A stretch of 64,000 nucleotides of DNA from Leidyana gryllorum EB-2025a (taxonomy: Eukaryota; Protista; Apicomplexa): positions 103,656 through 167,655 of the forward strand of contig JBLWGC010000205.1 of NCBI GenBank assembly GCA_048772705.1. Direction: 5' to 3'. This document shows positions 13,901 through 26,463 of this stretch, one piece after another. Position 1 is the stretch's first letter. Each line of letters opens with the position of its first letter. The notes beneath the pieces were generated by a model. It ran no database searches. It saw only the letters and a list, made by a program, of their open reading frames with translations, and was not told where the DNA came from. The position numbers and the translations under genes were made by a program.

Positions 13901-14616
13901 ATTTGGTGTTCAAGTTTGGCTACAAAGCCACGGACGGGACTGAGGGAGAGACGATTCCCAGAAACCCCAAAAGTGCGACCTCCTGGCGCCACGCGCTGGA
14001 GGGTTGCACACACTTCCAATTCACTATCCATAAGATCTCATCCAAGGATCTGTCCCTGTTGAGATCGGTGAGTGGGGCAATAGTATCAATTATCATTCGT
14101 ATTGGAATTGTTGCGCAGTCCTTTTGCATCAGACTGAGCTGCGGCTCGTTCCGGTACAAGACGACTCGGCTGGAACTGCCGCCTGCCGCCGCTGGAGATA
14201 AAATCAATGAGTTCAATGGTCCAATCACTTTGGAGGCTGAAGTAACTCCGGAGCTGCTGGACACTCTGGAATTGAAACCATTTGTGTAAGTCTCCCTCCC
14301 AAGTGTCTGTCTGGCGGAACCTCACTGTCTTGTCAGGGTGTGTATCTATGTCAAGCTGGACAGCCAGGCTGTTACGTCCGGCTCGCACGTGGCGTATCAA
14401 TTTTTCCGTCTGTCCCCAAGTCACTTTGCCATACCGAGTCCGCCTCCTCGGTCCTACACTGGGGAACAAGAGGTAACGAACGCTGGCTGTGGTATTGTGG
14501 GGAAACACACAATTTTCTCATTGACAGATGACCATTGCTCAGGATATAAGCTCGACGGAGCCCAGGTGTACTATGCAGTACACTATGTTTGCGTCCTCCA
14601 AGCGTTAGAACTGTAG
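10942..14616 (+). CDS. Large Pro/Ser-rich protein with C-terminal C2-like domain(s), spliced
   Basis: HLVVTVRS..KDLYCKVSLG..FEFEHKGERVLKLSLV..NLGVCRIDL fits a C2 beta-sandwich pattern. ORFs can be joined by short introns. Confidence 0.5.
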
Positions 14617-14733
14617 TCCACGAACCTTCGCGCCCCCGCGGGCAGTCAGTCCTCTATTTCTTGTGTGATGAATGAGTCTCAGCGTGTATCGACCCCCCAA
14701 ATGTCGCCACAAATTTTCTCCTCCAGATACAGA

Positions 14734-15699
14734 ATGATGACCTTACCTCCTGCATCCGAGCACCACCAGCCGCAGACTCATACGCACTCCCCCACTCAGA
14801 CTGGAACTTCAGTCATCGGTGTTCGATATAAGGATGGAATCCTTCTGGCCTGTGACACCTTGGGTAAGAATCGAATCCCCCGCCACCGCCGCCACTATCC
14901 TTTTTCAGTCTCCTACGGACACGGCAAACGCTATCAATCCGTCCAGAGATTCTTTCCTATCGGCAACAATATGGTTTTAACGGGTTCTGGTGATCACTCC
15001 GATCTCCAACACATATGTGGCCTCCTCAAAAGTATCAAGTGAGACTCGAAATCTCCTCAAATATCCACACAAACGCCATCAGTCTTCGGGACGTTGTCAT
15101 CAATGACGGCAACAGCATCTCCACGCGGGCGCTCCACAGCTATCTCACACGAGTACTCTACGAGAGGAGGAACAAAATGGATCCTCTCTGGGGCACATTC
15201 GTCCTGGCTGGCAGAGACCGCAATGATTCTTTGTGAGCCAATTGTCGATCCACCAACACATCCTCAACCCACACAGCTTCTTAGGATCAGCCGATATGTG
15301 GGGAACGGCACTTCGCGATGAGCCATATATCGCCACATCTATTTCGTCGTACATGGCTATGCCTCACCTCCGTCTGGAAGCCCGTCCCGATATGACTGAA
15401 GAGTGAGTGACTTCAGTCTCAACTAAGACTCACACTACTCTGCCTTGCAGACAAGCCCGCTCGCTTCTGATGCGGTGTCTGACTATCGGCGCTGGAGTCG
15501 ATATGTCTCAGTCCCAGGAAGTCCAGTTCACCAAAGTTAGCTCCGAGGGCGTTGTTGTGGAGACTCCTATTATTGTAACTCCCAATTGGTACGTTCCATC
15601 CCTCCGTTCCCACTCTACATTACCAATCCTCCTCACAGGGACCGTCAAGACTTTGTCAAGTCGCGCTTAGCTATGCCGCTGTGCTCTTATCCATACTGA
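14734..15699 (+). CDS. PSMB4: 20S proteasome subunit beta-7 (PSMB4/Pre4-like), multi-exon
   Basis: THSPTQTGTSVIGVRYKDGILLACDTLG, GSGDHSDLQHI and HSYLTRVLYERRNKMDPLW. Confidence 0.9.
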
Positions 15700-15816
15700 T
15701 GAATGATGAAATGTGTTTCTAATATGGATCGACACAGACAGATTGACTCATCGCTCGCTCCTGCCTTTCTTGAACTCGCAACAAATGCTAGCTTTTGAAT
15801 AATAGGTGCACTTGGT

Positions 15817-18801
15817 TTAGGATGATGGACTGAGCTGATGAAAAGCGCGACGCAAAAATGACCCTCTCCCAGCCACTCTTTCCGGCGATTGGGCCACTGG
15901 TGCTGGCACCGTCTGTAGAAAATCACAATTTATGCTAAGATCCCACACATTTACACTGACCTGCGGCTCCATCGGTGGCCCGTCATTTTCCGTGTGAATC
16001 GAAGAACTACTCGCTCGACGGATCACCTCAGAGTGTGATAGAGCCCGCGATATCACTCGTCGCGATCGATCGACGTTCAAATGCCGATGCTGCAAACAAC
16101 AAAGAGCCAATATTGCTTTGTTCAACATAAACCACGGACATGGAGACGGAGACACACACTTGCAGCACACACATGTTATCACACATACACTTCAATCACA
16201 CAACTCACTGGGTACTCACCAGGGTATATCGGCGTCTGAACGGTGACCAATAGCGGTGTATTGGCTCCAATGACAATCCCAAGGCCGTCAAGGCAGTGTA
16301 CCTGGAAGGTGGGCTGGGGCTCGGAGGGCAAGAGTCCGCCCGGACACTGTCATCGCTCTCGGGTACATGAAAGCCTCCGTGATCCTCGTCCTGTGCCAGG
16401 GGAGACACCAGTGGGGGCAGATCGTCATCCAGTAGAGAGCGAAGGAGAGCCTCGAGCTCCCGAGTGCGAAGGAGGACATCAAAGAGGACCGCGACCAGGA
16501 GAATCTGGATGCAGTGCCAGAGGCGGATGATGTGTGTGAGTTCCAGGAAGCAGATTTGTACATAGGTGGCGAGAGCGTCGGATTCCATGTCATCAGTGAC
16601 AGCTTCATACCATCCGAAGAGTGACCAGCCAAAGAAGAATGACTCTCCTCCGTTCCAGGTGAGATAGCGGATGAGATCAGTGATCCATCCGATGATTTTG
16701 ACTATGTACCTGATACCATAGACAGAGCTTTGTTCCTTCAAAAAGTCTCGATATGTGTGTCCGGCCTTGACGATTGCCTCTAAGCGTTTGCGTCTGAGGG
16801 GATTTTTGTCACCATAGCGAGGCGACTCCCCGGTGGTATCGGCGGCCATCTTTTGCAGTCGGTTGAGTCGATGTTCAATGGCGACTCCGAAGCCGAGTTC
16901 CCGCACCAAACTCAGCTCGACGATTTTCTCTCGGAGCACTCGGGCGTCGCGAGCGTCAACATCTCTTGGGGGGGAGGGAGTGATGGGCGGAGGAGTGCGG
17001 GAGGTTGACTCACCTCATAGCGGCTGCCAGTGTGCAGACTGCTCGTCGACCATTGCTATTCCCCCACGCGAATTCAGGCAACAAGTGTTGACAGATCACT
17101 CGAAGTGATTTCTGATTATGGGAGAGTGACGCGATTGTGGATTGTGTCTATGGAACTCACAGACAGAACGTGGCTGGCATAGAGACTTTCCCAGGCTTCT
17201 TCGGTGAATAGGTGGCGTTCCAACTGTGTGTCGAGGGGTTTGTGGCAGTCGTTTGGGGCTGCTTACCGCAAAGTCGAGTTCGATGGCTATTTTCTCGGCA
17301 TTTTCAACGGCTCCAGCGATGGTGCTGAGGATCTCTTTGAGCATTGTGAGTCTCCGGAAGGTTCTGCATCGAGAGGGAGTGAGCGTTGGAGAGCGAAGAA
17401 GTATCGGTGGGTCTCACGTTTCTGACTCAGACTTGACTTGGGTTTCGAGATCGCTGATACGGTCTGCGAGTGCCAAGAGAGGGGGTTCTGCTTCTTGACG
17501 ACTGGTGGCGGGTTCGGTTTGTCGAGCTTTGAAGTCCTCTTCCAATTCTTGTTCTAATGACTTCATTCTCTCATTAGTCCGGGCCCAGGGGTCGATGGGG
17601 TTGTTGGACGAAATGGGAGTTATGGGACAGGTTTGGCTGAAGATGACCGTCTCGAGGAGCGCCCGGAGCGGAGAGTTCTTTTCGGAAGCCGCGTCAAAGT
17701 GTGTCTTTTCGTGATCTGACCATCGTGTCAGAACGGCTTCAGTGGCAGTGTGGGCGGGTGTAGACTCGTTGCCGAGGGGCCTCGGAGTGGGGTGGGGGTG
17801 ATCTATCCAGCGTCTTTTGAGATTCTCCAGTTCTCGGGACATTGGGGGATTGGAGGGATTGGTATTGGGGGGAGGGTTGAATCGAAACTTGTCGGTGGAG
17901 TTGAAAGCAGAGAGGAAGGGGTCGGAGGCGTCGGAGGTCTCGACGACCATTGAAGCGTCGGAAGCCGCAGAGGACGAGGAATCGGCATTGTTATTGTCTC
18001 CTTCGGCCCGTTGCTGTTGTTGGGCGGCGGTGGTTTGGTCGGCAGTGCTGCTGCCTCTGACAGATAGACGGGACTCCAATCCCTGCATGAGTGTGGCACC
18101 GAAGGCTCTGAATTGTGTGAGGGTACACAGCGGGGCGTCGGCGACGGGGTAGTACGAGATGAATTGAACCTTGAGATGTGTCACCCAACAGCCCGGAGAC
18201 CGCAGTCGGGAGCAGAATTGTCGAAGGTCAAACATTTCAGTCGCTCGAGAGGGGTCCATGGCCAGAAGGCCCAGGAGACGCCACTCTGAGGTCGGGAAGG
18301 ACGACGCTCCGAACAAAGCCGCCTTTCTATATATTCCAGCCGTAGTTTGGAGGGAGGGATCTTTCCGGACCACTTACCCATAGTACGACGAGAAGAGCTC
18401 AGTAAAGTGCAGTGAGACAAACTCCACAGAGATTTGCTCTGGCAGTGCCACAACAAACCACGAAGTCTGGTCACAGGGACCGATCATATAGTCCTCAGAC
18501 TTGGGGCTCTGCAGGGCGAGTTGAAACGCGGGGCGGAGCTGTGCCTTACGAGAACACTTTTGACTTTGCTGAGACTGAGTGCGGCCTCAACGATCCGAGC
18601 TCCCGAGTCAAAGGACGCAAAGTCATACCGATGTCGGACTTCTGCATAGATATGGGGACTGGAAGAGGTCCAATGATATATGGCCTCGGGTCTTTCTTCG
18701 ACCGCCGCTATCAACGCCCGGCTCGGCGGCTCTGAAGACCCCACCACATCGCCAACTGCTGCCAGAACCCCCAGACACCACACAAGCAGCAGCGAAATCA
18801 T
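15817..18801 (-). CDS. Mid-SUN (Slp1/SUCO-like) SUN-domain protein, spliced; 3' end approximate
   Basis: Signal peptide MISLLLVWCLGVLAAV, RYDFASFDSGARIV and THLKVQFISYY..LCTLTQFRAFG. A coiled coil and C-terminal TM segments follow. Confidence 0.75.
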
Positions 18802-18830
18802 CCAACCATTTGACTCTTCTGCAAAAAACG

Positions 18831-19898
18831 ATGACGGAACCCATTGACGTCAACGAAGACGACCTCCTCTTCCTCGTCGAACAGGGGGTTTCCGAAACCA
18901 AAGCAAATGAAGCCCTCATAGCCGTCGGTGGCTCAGGCAGTAAGCTCAAAACCCCCAGTCGTCGCCTTTACTGTCCCCCCCCCTCAGCCACGGAAGCCCT
19001 CGACTGGATCAGCGCAACAGCCGCCAAAGAGGCCGAGGCTAATGGAGGCGAGGCCGAGGAGACAGGCCCGAAGCTCTCCCCCGAGGAGAGAGCGCTCAAA
19101 GTGGCAGAGCTGCAGAAACGTATCCGTGATAAGCGGGCTGCCGCCGAGAAGAAGGCGGCTCAGGAGGCCGAACGCAACCGCATCGAGTCGACTAAACAGT
19201 TGATGGAGGCCAAACGAAAGTTCGAAGAGGCCGAAGCACAACGCCTCGCAGACCAGATTGCCCGCGAACGAGAGGAAAAGAAACAGGCCGAAGCCAGACA
19301 ACGTGAACTGCTGAAACAAGAGTACCGCGAACGCTTTGGCAAAGAGGTGAGTTCATCACTTCAATCAGACGTTGGTGACACAACTTTGACTAACTCGACG
19401 ACTCAATTCGCAGCTCAGTGACGATGTGTTGGCTGAAGAGGCCTTCAACAAGAAGACTCCGCGGGAAAAGGTGGTCGCGTTGATCGGCATGTTGAAGGCC
19501 GAGCTCAACAAAAGCCCAGAGAATAAGACTAAAGTTATCGACTGCGCTCGGATCTGTCGAATATATTGCGGAAACCTCAAAGACAATCCCACAGACCCAA
19601 AGTTTCAGCAAATCAGGTAATCACACTCAAGGTGTGCCACACCAAATGTGTGTTTGTTCAGATTGGGGAACAAAGCGTTCAGCGAAAAAGTGGCTCCATT
19701 CAGCGATGCCTTACGTCTATTGGACATTCTCGGCTTCAAGAAGACGGGTACGTTCATTCATTACTCAACCCGATCGCTAACACGATGATATGATATCTCA
19801 CAGAGGATGGCGAGTTTCTCAAAATGAACGGAATGCCTGATGGGTTCCTACTGGGCGAGGCTATAAAGTTCTTGGACTTCCTTCTCCGCCAAGCCTGA
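18831..19898 (+). CDS. UBA-like + coiled-coil + PUB domain protein (p97/Cdc48 cofactor-like), spliced
   Basis: UBA-like LVEQGVSETKANEALIAVG..ATEALDWI, an E/K/R coiled coil, and PUB motif RIYCGNLKDNPTDPKFQQIR|LGNKAF..LDILGF. Confidence 0.8.
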
Positions 19899-19991
19899 CC
19901 GACAGACACCGAAGACGCCCTTGAAGGAGGGCGCGCCTACTCCCGTCTGATTGACTGACTGCACGCTGGTGTCTGTGGAGGGGAGTGGAGG

Positions 19992-20045
19992 CGCCTTTGT
20001 TGAGGGAGTCGCCTTTGTTGAGGGAAGCGCCTTTGTTGAGGGAGC
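19992..20045. repeat. 18-bp minisatellite x3 (cgcctttgttgagggagN)
   Basis: Three near-identical tandem units between convergent genes. Confidence 0.9.
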
Positions 20046-20066
20046 CGCTTTTCTCCAGGCCACCGA

Positions 20067-21185
20067 TTAAGCGTCCCAAACACATTTGAGCTCAGAGAGG
20101 CTATGGAGGAATTTCTGCCAGAGGAGAGTCTTAGTGGTGCATTTGGATTGGGGAAGTTGTCCATCTTGTTTGGTCCAGAGGTCATCACAGCACTCATTCC
20201 AGAGGCCGAGGGCCTTTGAAGTGAGGCAGCTGGAGGAGTTGGACTGGGGTCTTAGTTTGTAGAGCCAAAGATTTTTCAAGGACTCCTCGTACTCATTGTA
20301 TGGTTTGGTGCTCTCCAGTATCTCTGCGGCAAAGAGGTGACAGGCCGCTTCTTCGAGCTCTTTGTATTCCGCTCTCGTGGTGCAATAGTCTCTGAACGCT
20401 CCGTCCATCGCCTGGAAGGCCAAGGAGCGGAGAGCGGGCGTATTGCGTATGATGAGTCCCCGATTGATGCTCATGAGTGCGTGTATGAGTTCGTGTGCTA
20501 AGACAACAGTGGTGACTACTCGTGGGAGGCCTCCGAGGATACAGATCTCTTTGATCAATGTGGTTCCAATGTCATCGTTGAGGACATCGAGTGAGCAGAA
20601 CCCAAAGATGGTATGGGACTGATTCCAGTGTCCGCAAGTGGTGACTTTGGGGCCTTTGCCGATGCGTTGGAGTCCCTTTGCTTTCAGTTTGACTGGGATC
20701 CGACTGAGTGCCCTTCGTACATCCTTTTCGATTTTGAGAACGTTTTCCATTTTGCGAAGGATAGTCTCCCGCAAAACGTGTGCTTCTTTGTAATTGCGAA
20801 CGGGAGCGGTTATCGAACACGAATCGCACACGTAGCCCTGTTCCACCACGGATCCGTCGGCCAAATCCTGTTCGTTCATCTTCCTCTCGCAGGCCAAACA
20901 TATCTCGATCTCTGCACTCGCACAACATGGCCCGATTATTTGATCCTCCTTCCAATGGGGGTGGACATAGCACTCATAATATGCTGATCCTTCAGTCCCT
21001 TTTTGCTTTGGGAGCCTCAACCCACAGACATCACACCAACTCTGGCGCTCTCGGGGCAATTTCCGGTCAAGTGGCTGAGCCTCGGGCATGGTTCGTGGCC
21101 GCGCACCTTTGCTGTCCCCACCAGTGCATGCTGCAGAGTTTCTATACGCTTTGAACGACGATGAACTCTTCTTTCGCTTCGACAT
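20067..21185 (-). CDS. DA1-like zinc metallopeptidase with Cys-rich N-terminus, intronless; start may be 21089
   Basis: EICILGGLPRVVTTVVLAHELIHALM (HExxH) plus ELEEAACHLFA match the DA1 peptidase signature. CxxC pairs lie upstream. Confidence 0.75.
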   Translation of the reverse strand: MSKRKKSSSSFKAYRNSAACTGGDSKGARPRTMPEAQPLDRKLPRERQSWCDVCGLRLPKQKGTEGSAYYECYVHPHWKEDQIIGPCCASAEIEICLACERKMNEQDLADGSVVEQGYVCDSCSITAPVRNYKEAHVLRETILRKMENVLKIEKDVRRALSRIPVKLKAKGLQRIGKGPKVTTCGHWNQSHTIFGFCSLDVLNDDIGTTLIKEICILGGLPRVVTTVVLAHELIHALMSINRGLIIRNTPALRSLAFQAMDGAFRDYCTTRAEYKELEEAACHLFAAEILESTKPYNEYEESLKNLWLYKLRPQSNSSSCLTSKALGLWNECCDDLWTKQDGQLPQSKCTTKTLLWQKFLHSLSELKCVWDA

Positions 21186-22685
21186 CGGCCGACTCTGTCC
21201 AGCAGTCAGCTTTACCTAAATCGATCATTCTGAATCCACCAAAACCCGATACAAATTTACTCACAAGTATAAATCACCACAATACCCCAGAACATTGTGT
21301 GATTGAATGCGGGACCGACTTCTCCAGCCTCCAACAGACTGCTCAGAGTACTCAGAACCTGCATCTCATAGATTCGAGGCCCTTTGCAACTCGGACATGA
21401 CGGAGGCTTAGCAATGCCCTTGACCAACAGTCTCAATTGCTGTCGTTCCGGGTCATCGTCCACTCCAGCCGGGGGCGGTGTACCCAACCACAAAGGCTTT
21501 CCTCCCCAGTCGTGACGTATTATCTGTTCCGGCGCCACTCGCATTCTCTTCTCAAACTTTAAGGTCACTTTATCCACTGACGGGTCGCAGTCTGTATCGA
21601 CCCCACCACTACGATCGACTTTGGCCGCATAGACCTGAGCTGACCCGCCGATACCGCTCTCAGACACTTTTTTATACGCCACCTCCAATTCGGTGGCTCT
21701 CAGATCTGAAACAGACAGAATATCGAGAAAAGTGCGTGTGGAGTCGAAATCTTACCCAAATCGTCCAGAAGTCCGTTCTCCAGTCCCTCGGGTTGTTGAT
21801 CCACCTCGAGTGTGTAACACGGTATTTCAGGCACCTCTGAGGGCAGTCTCACAGCTGTCCACGCCCGTCGCTTTGGTTCCTTGACAGTCGAGACGGGGAC
21901 CGGAGCTGTTGTGCCGCTCAGACATAGTCCTTTCAACTGGTCCGCCAACTCAGCTATAGACTCTGTGGGAAAAGAGCTGTCGAAAATGGAGGCGGAAGTC
22001 GAAAAGTCAAACGGTGAAGGGAGTTTCTCTCTCGCTGCATCGGTATCTTCAGCCGCCGTTGCCGCTTTCTCCGTCGGCTTAACCCGTCCGACTCTCACCA
22101 CCTTCCACCCTTTCTGACTCAGATGGCACGGAGCATTTCTTCCCGGCCGCGCTAAACGAGGATCGCCCTCAAACTCCTCCTCCGACGATGACCAATCTGC
22201 CGAAGAGACCTCACTGTCACTTTCCGCCCCCCCAGCGCGATGTTGGGCCTCTCTATCGTCCTCTGCGTCTTCCGATAACGGGACATTGGCCCCACCCTTT
22301 GGCTCCTCGTCCGATAACGGGACATTGGCCCCACTCGTCTTTGGCTCCTCTTCCATTTCCCGGTCCACTTCGGGGGAAGTGGTGGTGGGTTTTCGCCAAC
22401 TGTCACTGAGACAGACGAAAATGTAAATGGTGCGGTTAGACAGAGGCCCGCAGGGCGTATCGATTTGGGCGAGTAGCGTCATAGGGGACCGGCAGCAACC
22501 GCACTTGATGGGTAATAAAGGGTCCAAAACCGTGGTACCATCTGAATTGAGCCAACAAGTCTGTATACCATGGATTGATACCGAAAAGGACACTTCAGAC
22601 GTACCGGTTGACCCCCGACTCGCGAGGTGAGAGGTGAAGCGGTCGGTAGCCTGGGTTCTCCAAGAAACCCAAGCGTTATGGTCAT
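21142..22685 (-). CDS. PDCD2/TSR4-family uS5 chaperone, spliced
   Basis: TITLGF, CGCCRSPMTLLAQIDTP..RTIYIFVC, PEQIIRHDWGGKPLW, CPSCKGPRIYEMQV and WGIVVIYT|CKADC..EEFIVVQSV*. Confidence 0.85.
22272..22350. repeat. In-frame ~39-bp tandem duplication inside the PDCD2 CDS
   Basis: ccgataacgggacattggccccac...tttggctcctc occurs twice and encodes EEPK(TS/G)GANVPLS twice. Confidence 0.9.
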
Positions 22686-22757
22686 GTACGTTTTGGTTCT
22701 TTCAGAAATTTCTACTTCGATGCAGTGGTGGCGTAAGGGTTCCGCCGTCCGCAAGAA

Positions 22758-23925
22758 ATGACCGCCGATCTGAACCACACAGGCCAGGTTCAGACTACTT
22801 ATGGCTATGCCCCACCGTTGCCATCAATGCAACCGGGAACTTACCACCAGAATCGCAATGACTATCTGTTGTGGTCGCAACAACAATTCTGGCAACGAGA
22901 CGTCTCCCCTTCTACATCCAATCTGGCAATGCACAGTACTCCCTCTTCCATGATGTCTACTGCCGCCCCCTATACTGATAGTAGACTAACCACAAACAAC
23001 GACGAGGACAATAAGAAGGATTATGATAATATCCCGTCAGACGCTTACGATACTTCTGATGACCTCAAATGTAAGACCAAATCCCCATCAGACCCGAATC
23101 ATACATTATCATCAGGCCGCAGAACCTTACATAAATATACAACCGCTGGTAAACGCATTGGAAGACCCCGCATAGATCGGACCAACACCAAATGTGAAAA
23201 ATGTGGAGTAAGCCATCAAACACAACAACAACACCAACCTCATCAATCCACAGACCAAATCCACACCACAATGGAGATACCTAGCAGCCTCGAGCGTCCT
23301 CATTGCAGAACAACTCCTAATACGACATAATAAGCCCGATCAGGATAATGACAATCCCGATCGAAGAACCTCCCCCTCAGACAACTCCAGTCACAAAGTG
23401 TGTCTCTGCAACGCTTGCTGGCTTCGGTTCCATAAATGCAAACAGAAGGGGGCAATGCCCAAACAACCACACCACAATCAACCCTCATTCACACTCATAC
23501 CAACACCCACAGATGCTCCAACCACCCAACCGCCGCCTGATAACGTCAGACGACTCGTCCTACCAACCTCCTACCGCCAACCCGATGATGCATCAAGGTT
23601 CGAACAAGAAGCTCTCCAACCGCCACATCATGTAGAGGACCTTCTCGCAACATGCAAAACGCCAACACCTCTCAAACTCGACGCCCACGACGATGCTGAT
23701 GGCTCCGCATCCCACAACACAGTACGCTCTTCCAAATGTACTGGCACCCCTTCCGGAGTTCAATATTGCCAGGATAAGCACCCAAACACACCCGTTGGCA
23801 AAGATAACAGCGATTACCTCTCCTTCCGTAGCGAGTACGACCGCGACTCTACAGCCCCACCTTCCGAGTGCTTTGAACTCAAGATTTTTTCATCACCAGG
23901 GCCCTTATATAACCTCCACTCATGA
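22758..23925 (+). CDS. GATA-type zinc-finger protein with AT-hook-like motif, spliced
   Basis: KRIGRPR, then CEKCG|TKSTPQWR...LCNACWLRFHK after removing the intron at about 23208-23253. Confidence 0.7.
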
Positions 23926-24269
23926 TCATTGACGGCTCGACATCGCCACTCACTCCCAGCTTCTTAAGTGATCACTCAACTGCGTGTCAGCCGATGAACT
24001 CCGCCGCCTCACGCACTGACTCTCACAGCTGCGTCCCAATCGCGATCCAACACTAGCCGGTCGGACCGAAGCGCGCTTCGCAACGCACGCCAGCCAGACA
24101 ATCCATCAGTTCCCATCGGTATTATATGTCTTAAGAGTACTAGTTTCATTCTGCATCTTTTTCTTCATATGCTTCAAGCGCTATAAACATATCCAATTGA
24201 TAAACGTCCGTTCTCCAGTCAGCGGCATCGAGCATATCGCCCATGAATGGACCAATAGAGGTCGAGAGT

Positions 24270-26463
24270 TCATAAGCCGACCGCTCGGGCTTGGGATGCG
24301 ATGTGTCCTCTCGACAACCCGGAACCCCAGATTGCACGCCGGCCGCGGTTGAAACCGAAAACACCCGTGCTGGGGGCATTATTCGATGGAGCCACCACAG
24401 CGTTCAGCGGGGGAGGCTGAGCCCCTATATCCATTGATGACCATGGGGAAGTCTTGGAACTGGCAGTCTCTGTGCTCTCCAACAACACATTTCCACTCGT
24501 TGTAGACTGCAGCTGACTCATAGACAAATGCGAACCATGTGAGCCGACCATAAAAACGTTGACCACCAGTCGTCTCAACTGCTCCAGCCGAGCTTCAAGT
24601 TCCAGGAGCGATGGTCTCACGGAAGGATCGATACGCAGGCATTGGTCCAACAGATTTTGAACATGGTCCGAGACCTCACATAAAAGATGCTGTGGAGTGT
24701 TGGCCAGGCTGGAGCCTGGCGGCGGGTACCAATGCCAAGCGGACAACAAACCTTCTCGGGGATAAGCCTCCTGTCGATAACACTCGAAGAAGCAGTTTGG
24801 CGGTGGTGGAGGAGGATAAGTCATGCTCATCTCACTGTGCCCACAACTATGGCAACTGGTGCAAGTCGTTTCGCAATAATGGTGATCGCCATTCTCTGTT
24901 AAAATCATCAACACCGTGTCGACTCTTACTCACCTGTGGGTACCGTATCCGAATATCGTTTGCCGACTCTTCTATCCGCTACGCAGCACTGCCCGTAGCA
25001 ACAAGTAGCATTCTTTTCGCAAACAGGACCAGGTTCTTGAGAGGGATGAGCACTGCTCCTACCACTTGAACATCGAGTACTTTGAGCAGAGATCAGATCG
25101 GATTTGGGATGATTTATCCTGGGTCGTTGGCGGATTGGGATCAAGGGGTTGTGTGTTTCCCATTCCATCACCATTCGGAATTCAGAGTTGCTCGTCTGTC
25201 CAACAAATAAATCGTGTATGTCATGTAGACGAGTCAGGGCCGTGAGTCCTGTGCGCTTCCCACCAAACAATTCCACCAATATGAGCCCCATTGTGAACAC
25301 AGAAGACTTTTCGGTGATATGAACTATGTCGTTGGCTGTCGGGAGCGCTGGATCAGGAACTGGGGCACAGTGGAGCACCTTCAGCTGTTCGAAGGCTTCT
25401 CGGGTTTCCAAATAGGATATCGCAACGCGCAACTCCGCCGATTCTATATCACGTCTGCTCGCACGTCGATTATTCAGCCAGCCCAATCCCTTCAGAATGT
25501 GATCATTTTCCACCGCTTTCTCAATCAAGTGGCCCGCCAATCCACCTGTAAGGGGTCCAACTTCCGTTTTGGTTCGGAAATAGTGATTGTTCAACCGGCG
25601 TTTCACCAAATCATACTCCGCAATGAGTAGCGCCATCTCTGGCGAGAGATAAGAGCATGTTGTTTCGATCTGGTGGCAACGTAACATAACTGTCTACAAG
25701 TTCCACTTACCAGATATCGATCGCGGAGTGGATGCAACTCGAGCAAAGGCTGTTCGTCATGTCCAATTCGCTTAATGATTGGCTCTCGGGAGATATCTTG
25801 ATACATCACCACTCCACCAATATCCACCAAGCAGGCAGCGAACTGACGCGTGCGTCCTCTGTCATTGGTATGCTCCTCAATCATGATGTTGCGAGGTTTG
25901 AAGTCAGCGAAGAAAGCCATCGAACGCAGCTTGATAAGAGTTCTGATGACAGCTATGGCAACATCGATTCGTGCCAGACCATCCGCCATTCCCAGCACAG
26001 GATGTTCAGTTTTCTGTGAGGTGTACGGGTCTGGCTTGGATCCTCCTAAGTGGGCAGGTTGATGATTGAGCCAATCGCGCAAAGTATGACCACGTATCAG
26101 CTCCATGAGAACGGCGCTGGACCCCTTTCCTTCAGCATTGCTGTATACTTGAAAAGCATAAGGTTGGGGCACCGGTACGCCAGCGGCATGGAGCTTTCTG
26201 AGCTTTTCGAACTCGGCAGCTTCTTGAAAGACCATATTGCATGTTCCAACAGTGCTGACAGGGATGTCAGATAAGGAAAAACGGATAGCTTTCTCCGTCG
26301 ACATCTTCAGGGCGTACGCCTTGCCTTTTTCTGTGAGCGATCGGACCTCCTTGACTTGACCAGAATATCCTTTGCCCAAGACGCACATCTCCTTGTAGGC
26401 CGCATTGCCTATATGGGTATGCGGTCCATCTCCAGATGTTCCAGAAACCGCAGGGGGAGGCAT
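24270..26463 (-). CDS. Divergent Ser/Thr protein kinase with large inserts, 3 exons
   Basis: LGKGYSGQV, YALK, VLMELIRG, FADFKPRNIM, LVDIGG, TCSYLSPEM, VFTMGLILVEL and LDQCLRIDPSVRPS. Confidence 0.85.

Noticed and set aside
19992-20045. CRISPR-like repeats
   Set aside because: Units are contiguous with no spacers, there are no cas genes, and the context is eukaryotic.
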